From: Jimgerdemannia flammicorona
Taxonomy: Eukaryota
Length of the DNA: 33,386 nucleotides
Assembly (NCBI GenBank): GCA_003990765.1
Contig: RBNJ01000314.1
Location: 1-33,386, forward strand
Reading direction: 5' to 3'
Both the position numbers and the translations under genes were made by a program. Below the pieces are notes generated by a model. It was not told where the DNA came from, made no database searches, and saw nothing but the letters and a program-made list of their open reading frames with translations. Positions 26,531 to 33,386 of this stretch are shown here, one piece after another. Position 1 is the first letter of the stretch; each line of letters starts with the position of its first letter.

Positions 26531-28159
26531 CTGTTGGTGTGATTATATTTTTTGTCTAAAACGCAGGACAAGTCTATAGCATCATTTTCGGGATCGAACG
26601 TATATGCCCTTCTGCTTTACTTTCTTCTGACTTCGGATTTGCTTACTCGTCTGGAGGTTGAACTTGTATGCACTGCAACTGCGTCGAGCTATGTACGTTA
26701 TGAAGTGCCGCTACCAGATAGGGTGTCGAATAAACCGCGGTCCCTGCTCGTGAGATGGAAACCAGACGCGACGAAACGTCGGCCCATATACGGGGATGGC
26801 GGACCGGGAATTCCGGGAAGAGAGCCTCGTCGGGGAGGTAATGGCCTCTGTATAGACGCGCTTAGCCAGGGTAGGGGGGAGAAAGGTTGTCTGTCGCAGG
26901 GAGTGAATGAAGCACATTGCGGTTGCGCGCACATATTTCAAAATTACTGTTCGTGATATCAACGATACCAAGAATTAATATATTGCTTTCTCCATAGCTC
27001 GGCCGACATACGGCAAGTATCCAAACATCGACGTAATATGCCGCAAGTGTCCGAGCATCCGTTGACGACTAACTTATTAAAACCCGCCGTCAGCTTACTC
27101 TCACCGCTGCGGTATATCATACCTTTCCCATCTCGGACGCCTCGAAAACAAAGTCTCCCAACCAACGACAACCCCGTTTTCGCATCATGATGCATCTCAT
27201 CGGCAGTGTCGCGAGTACATAATAGTGATAGTTCGGAAAAGTGCGATCGCTTGCGTTGTCCTATTCCCGCGTATTCCAGCCGGCGTTCTCCTAGTCGCCC
27301 TAGTGCCGTGCCCGGCCCGTGTTCGTGCAGTTTGAAATTTATCCAATTTCGACTGGGACGTCGACGGAGGTGCCGCCTGCTTTGTAAAAGATGTGCGGGG
27401 ATCAAGTTAGAAGTTTGATTTGCGGAGACACCTATGAATGAAGATTTGGTTTTCGAGGAAGAGTGCCAACGGAAGTGGCATTGAGAAGACTTTGGGTGGA
27501 GATAAGGGATCGAGTTGTCCAAAGACCGTTGCTCTACCCCCTCCCCACACACACATACACACAACCATCTGCTTTCTGCCCTCCCAATTTCACAATCCTC
27601 CATCCACTCTAAAACCTTCAGCCGGCGAGGAGGTTTTTGGATCTAAGGAATTCACTCAGACGCATGAAATCGGGGGAAGCGAATGATCGGGTACGTGATG
27701 ATATGGTTAATGACGTCGTGTGATGGAGGAAGTTCCAAGTTCGAATTGCGATCTCCCATGCATCCGTTCACATTAAGTCCCGTTCAAGTGCTTTCCATCG
27801 GTGCAACGTCTTATAGATACCTTGGCAGTACGGGAGGAGGTTTTGGACAAGTTATGGTTGCATTTGCCAGATGCTCACATCCATGCAAAAAACCAAGGCG
27901 TAAAATCTGGTCCATCTTCGGACGAATATCATGTGATATGATCTCTGCTTAACATTCCCCTGGCCAAACTTTGGCCGGAAGAGGCTAATGCCGTGCCCCA
28001 CAGCGATTCGATGCGGAGATAGGTAGAAGAGGGCTTTCCTGACTTCCATAGTCCGCACGTGTTCTTACGCGAGGTCACACATTACGTATATCTTCGATTC
28101 TTGTTCCCGCGACCCTTATTCTCCTCAAGCACTCCCGTCACCCATCCCCCCCTTTATCG

Positions 28160-29422
28160 ATGAGCTCTTCTCTTGACATCATGATCTTTCCCGCCGAGGG
28201 CCACTCGAGCTACCAACGCGGCTTCCTTGGACTGACAGCGGCGACCGTGAGCGGCACGGTGCAGATCCGAACCAAGGGTGGAAAGGGCCTTGTCACTAGC
28301 AAATTGGTGTGAGTGTGTGGTGTATGCAAGAATTATAGTCGGATCAATGGCATGGAAAGGCCTTTGGTTTTGTTATCTGGTATCTGATTCTGCTTCTATT
28401 GCCTAAAGACACGACACATCTTGTTGATCTCACCATTACACAGAGTCATAAGATTTAATGGCTACGAATATACCAATTTCACAAAACTCGATCCCATCCC
28501 TCGACAGAGAATGAAATGCGGTAGTACTCGTCACTTCCTTAAAGACGAACGCATCATCTGGGCCTCTGACATAAGCGCCGCCGAAACCTTCACCGAGCTC
28601 AACGTCCCCTTCTCCCTCACAATCCCCGAGGGCATACATCATTCGAGCTTCCAACACCAAAAGGGCGGTGTCCAATACGACCTCACTGTGCTGGCCCAGC
28701 ACAGCGTCAAGGGCCTGTTCGGATCTAAGGAATATGTCGCCAAGGCGACCGTCAACGTCCCCATCGCGAGTTACCTCCCGCTCGTTCTCTTCCCCTGCTA
28801 TCGTTGGCCACTTGTCTTTTTCTGTACGACAGACTCCAGCGAGGCATCACACCACGGATTCGCCTACGACATCAGATTCCTGGCCTACGTATACGGACCG
28901 GGAGACACCGTCCAAGCACATATACGGCTCCGGCGCAAACGCGGCAGCAAGTCGACACTTAAAAACGTCTTCCTCGGCATCAAGCGTTACGTGGTCTACA
29001 CGGACGCTGGTGCTGCCTGTACCGACCACAATGAGTACATTGCAAGTCGCGAAGTCGGCGGGCTGCAGTGGCAGACAGATGAAAGTGATAGTGTAGGCCA
29101 CCTGGACCTAGTGACGTCAATGGACATGCCAAGAGCCAGAACTGGGGATGCAGGGAAACTAAAGTACATGACTATCTCATACAAGATCAAAATTAAGATT
29201 GCGGTTGACGGCGGGTCGGATCTGAAGCTCGAGGCGCCGGTAGCGGTTGTAGGCTTGAGAGTAGAAGAACGTAAACGGGTTTTGAACATTTTGCGGAATA
29301 GGCTGGATCTGGTCATATCGGAAGTTGCGGAGACTTTGACGGATGTTATAGATGTCCAAAGAGAAGGCGGCGTGTTGGAGATGGACCTCCCGCTAGTGTA
29401 TGATGACCGCGTGAACTTGTGA
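28160..29422 (+). CDS. Arrestin-fold (alpha-arrestin-like, N and C sandwich) protein, 2 exons
   Basis: Exon 1 28160-28308 (MSSSLDIMIFP...TVSGTVQIR...KLV), phase-2 intron, exon 2 28444-29422. Arrestin-N-like VPFSLTIPEGIHHSSFQHQKGGVQYDLTV; arrestin-C-like YGPGDTVQAHI and ISYKIKIKI...LEAPVAV. Confidence 0.72.
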
Positions 29423-30059
29423 TTACGCAACGGGCACTCTTTGTGATCGACCTTGCATCTATAACGGTATGACATATCATGTTATCAGACAGCTTGCGGC
29501 TGATACGTTTATAGAACATTTAAAAGGTTATATTTGACATGTTTACGTCACTGCATGATGTTAAATTCAGAAGCCATGTAAATACTTCCCACAATATAAA
29601 CAAATGTACGCAACAGAAAAGTTCAAATGTCTGACCTAAGGTATATACTCAACATAAACGGTTAAAAAATTCACATCCTAACCTCATGCATCGAGTATAG
29701 TTTGCACAGAAGTTTGCGGCTAGACATTGATTTGATTATTGTTGTAACTTAGTGGAGTGGGGAGCAGAGGAGAAGAACATTGTTTATTATTCCAGATAGC
29801 GCGTCGAGTGACGTAACTCAAAGATGACGTAGTTACCGAGATGTCAAAATAATAGGAATTTCAACAACGAGATAATATGCAATGTAATGTAAGAATGCAA
29901 GAATGCTATCTACCTATGCTTAAAACATAAGAAACTATAGTGAAAATTTCAAATGTAGAAGAAGAAGAAGGAAGAAAGAAAGAATAGAATAGTGCAATAT
30001 AATGCTTGAAGAGAGAGATGTATTGCATCATTTTTCTGCTTCCTTTTGTTATGAAATAT

Positions 30060-30735
30060 CTCATGATTATCCATCTATTACTAGTATATAGTTCATCATA
30101 AGACTCATTTCTTTAGTATATTGTTGGAATTTAGATTCTGAAAGAACTTTAGTGAGTAAATCTACAATCATATATTCTGTAGGAATATATTTCAAATATA
30201 TAGTCTCATTCTCTATACACTCTCTTATATAATAGTGCTATACATCAATATACTTTGTTCTGAAGTAATATATAGGGTTCTTTACTATAGTAATTATAGT
30301 CTGATTTTGTTTCTGATTAAGGCTTAGCTTCTTTAGTAATTGATATAGTTAAATAGCTTTCTTTATTGCTATAAATAATACTTAGTACTCTATTTGTATA
30401 AGTGATATTACTACTAGATTCTACTTATATATTTATCATAAAATAACTCCTTTGTTATTAACTGAAAGAAGTACTTAGTTATAGATTAGTGATCATCTAA
30501 ATCTCCAGCTTAATTAGTATTATATATCAGATAATTGTTCTTATCATTATTATTACTATTTCTCTTACTCAATTTACTAAGAGTAAGTATATAATATACT
30601 ATTCCTTTAATATATCTAAAAATTCTCTTAATAGTACTCTAATGTAAATCATTATAGTATGATGAGTACTATACTACCTTATTTATAGTATATAAAATAT
30701 TAGTCCTTATTTCTAATATGAGATACATATAGTAC
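30060..30735 (-). mobile_element. Ty1/copia LTR-retrotransposon relic (RT C-terminus + RNase H), hypermutated
   Basis: Minus-strand translation: MYLILEIRTNILYTINKVV*YSS..LH*STIKRIFRYIKG..YNTN*AGDLDDH*SITKY..GVIL**..K*..IEY*..KAI*L..NQTII..KNPIYYFRTKYIDV*HYYIRE..LKYIPTEYMIVDLLTKVL. This matches the copia consensus MYL..TRPDI..HW.AVKRIFRYLKGT..DADWAGD.DDR.STTGY..ISW..KQ..AEY..EAIWL..KNP..H.RTKHID..H.IRE..PT..M.AD.LTK.L. Confidence 0.9.
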
Positions 30736-31020
30736 ACTATACTTATACTCAACCTTTTGCTTATAACTTTATATTATACTTAATAAAAAAATAATAAAAA
30801 TTATAAATTGATAGAAAATCCTATTAAGTTTAATCAAATAGAGAGGTTTTTTTTTTAATATTATTAGTAAATTAGTTTTTATATCAATTATTGCTATTTT
30901 TTGTATTTATACTAAGGCCAGTCATAATTTTGGTCTTAAATCTATAGTATTTCAAAGTCAAAAATCAAAAGATTAAGGCCACTATATTTGGAAAGTAGAC
31001 AAATTTGTCTAGTCTCAATT

Positions 31021-31380
<360 letters not shown>

Positions 31381-31733
31381 AATGAGCAGCAAGGTATTAG
31401 AAACAAGCATCAAAAGCAAGTTAGAATGAGAAGTGAGGTTTTGGAATATTTGAATAAATAGTATAATATTGGAAAATAAAAGAAATAATTTATAATTCCT
31501 TATTTGATAGATCACTAGACAAATAGTATAGGAAGCTAAGCTATAAATACTGTCAAAATATATAGAGAAGATACTAGCTTATATATACCAAAAACACATG
31601 ACTTCTAGAGTTTATGGAATATCAAATTTTACCTTCAAACTAATTTTATTTAATTATCTATTAATAATATTATATAGTTACTAATTACCTATTTTTCTTC
31701 TTTTATTACTTCCAAAGCCTCATCACTTACTTG

Positions 31734-31971
31734 TCACTCACTTCATCTTTTCTAACACCCACCCATTACTCATTTTAGTATACTTTGCAATATCTCACCT
31801 ATAATAACTTCCTTGTTCTAGGTTCAGAATTTCTTTTACTAGGAGATAGAGAGAGGAAAGTCTTATCACTTACTCTATAGTAGAGAGGGGCTCCCCTATG
31901 AGGATTGAGTAGTGGGTGGTGATAATGTATACTTATTTATAGACTGGTAATAAAGACAGAGTCCAAGTGAC

Positions 31972-32011
<40 letters not shown>

Positions 32012-32143
32012 CACTCACTCTATCTTTTCTAATATCTACTCACTACCCATTTTAGTGCCTTATCTTTCAATACCTCACCCATGACAGCTTCCTTACTTTA
32101 GGTTCAGAATTTCTTTTACTGGAAGAAGGAGGGGAGTCTTGTC
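31734..32143. repeat. Diverged direct duplication of a ~135-bp segment (31734-31867 vs 32011-32143) with neighbouring poly(A)/poly(T)
   Basis: Shared exact core TAGGTTCAGAATTTCTTTTACT plus alignable flanks. Confidence 0.85.
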
Positions 32144-32231
<88 letters not shown>

Positions 32232-32261
32232 AATAAATAAATATATTCTTTTAGAATTTTT

Positions 32262-33182
32262 GCTGGCGACACCGCGCAGGTCGTCGGCCATCCGACTTGA
32301 GATCCATGATCTACCGTAAAGAGCAGCAGCATCCGCATGTCGTCGCTTTCCGCCCTTCGCCTCATTACATTCGCCTCTTCGCCTTCTGGTCCCTCCTCCT
32401 CTTCCTCCTCTCTGAAAACTCGATCTCCGCGTCGCTCTCTCCTTGGCCGTCCTCATTTTCCTCCATACCTCAGCCCCGGCCCCGACACCATTGCCTTCTT
32501 CCCAATGACCTTCCTCATATCCGGCGACAAAAGCTACGCATCCGGCGTCTCCTTCCCCTCTTCGTCATCGCCGGTAACCTCCAAGTCCGTATGGGGCAGC
32601 AGTTTTCGCTTCCCGCTACGCCGAGGTGTATACTGAATTCGGTGGCTGCGACCCGTCCTCTCGCGCGTCGCCATCGTCCGACCCGGGCTCCTTTTCCTGC
32701 CCGACCTCTAGCTCCAGTTCGAGCTCGTATCCATACTGCGACTCCTTCGCCGATCTGGCCTCCTCCTCCTTCTCCTCCTCCTCCTTCTCCTCCTCCTCCT
32801 TCTCCTCCTCCTCCTTCTCTTCTTCCTCCTCCTCCTCCCCCGAGCCCTCTGCCGGACCGGGTGCGATTCGACCCTCTTTTTTCATTTTTACGCGCGACGG
32901 ACCCTCGTCAGCCCCATCCTTCCTCGCGCCCGTGTCTGCAAGATGCGTCTACTTCTTCCCCTACTCGGCGATCCGAACTGGTCGTCCGCGCCAGATACAA
33001 GCCGGTTGTTTTTCATCATCATCCGAGGACGGCTGCCGCCCCGGCGACGCACAGATCCCCAAGTTCCGAACGGCCGTGGTTTTACCCTTGGCGTGGGTCA
33101 GCGTCGCCGCGCCAAGCTCGGCGGCGATTTGCGGTGCATCGGGCTAACGGTGCCAATACGTTGCGAGTGGAAGCGGAATCGT
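32262..33182 (-). pseudogene. Degenerate GC-rich, acidic low-complexity coding-like segment (EEEEK repeats) with in-frame stops and a frameshift
   Basis: Minus-strand reading PDAPQIAAELGAATLTHAKGK...IAE*GKK*...GEEEEEEEKEEEEKEEEEK...RKLLPHTDLEVTGDDEEGKETPDA*. It ends abruptly at the AT-rich block. No family recognised. Confidence 0.35.
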
Positions 33183-33325
33183 CTAAAATGATTGTGAATG
33201 GTGGTGTGTAAACATAGTGTCAAAATATTTTATTGGATGCCCATGAAAACAAAGAGATCCTTACCGGAGCCACAAACTGAGATTCACACCACCAACTCTA
33301 CTTAACCAGGATCATACAAGTGTAG

Positions 33326-33381
<56 letters not shown>

Positions 33382-33386
33382 TTATT

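Noticed and set aside
26552..27952. Several 80-214-aa ORFs between the CYS3 pseudogene and the arrestin-like gene
   Set aside because: No motifs recognised in the frames examined and no coherent splice model; needs BLASTx.
32297..33211. 304-aa Pro-rich plus-strand ORF (extensin/formin-like PPPS repeats)
   Set aside because: The Pro/Ser runs are the reverse complement of the GAG/AAG (EEEEK) repeat; no domain and no convincing start.

Overview
Intron-rich eukaryotic DNA, most likely an early-diverging (Mucoromycota-like) fungus; the taxon is inferred from gene content and intron style, not proven. Gene models were spliced by hand. In order: a 5'-truncated RalGAP-alpha/tuberin-like Rap-GAP gene (+), RNA Pol III subunit RPC3/RPC82 (-) head-to-head with a mitochondrial FabG/OAR1/CBR4-type SDR (+), a 10-exon orphan gene (-), EI24 (+), COG6 (-), ATG8 (-), a deletion-shattered cystathionine gamma-lyase pseudogene (-) that the ORF track hides, an arrestin-fold gene (+), a ~2.4 kb AT-rich repeat block, and a degenerate GC-rich acidic ORF. 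Three signals stand out. (1) The AT-rich block (29870-32266) has no CpG and contains a Ty1/copia RT-RNaseH relic, a minisatellite and a duplicated 135-bp segment. All three show two-strand C>T hypermutation that includes CpA contexts, a RIP-like signature in what appears to be a non-Dikarya fungus. (2) The orphan gene has seven consecutive frame-preserving phase-1 short exons, most starting with [V/D]-E. (3) The CYS3 pseudogene decayed by micro-deletion rather than by transitions.
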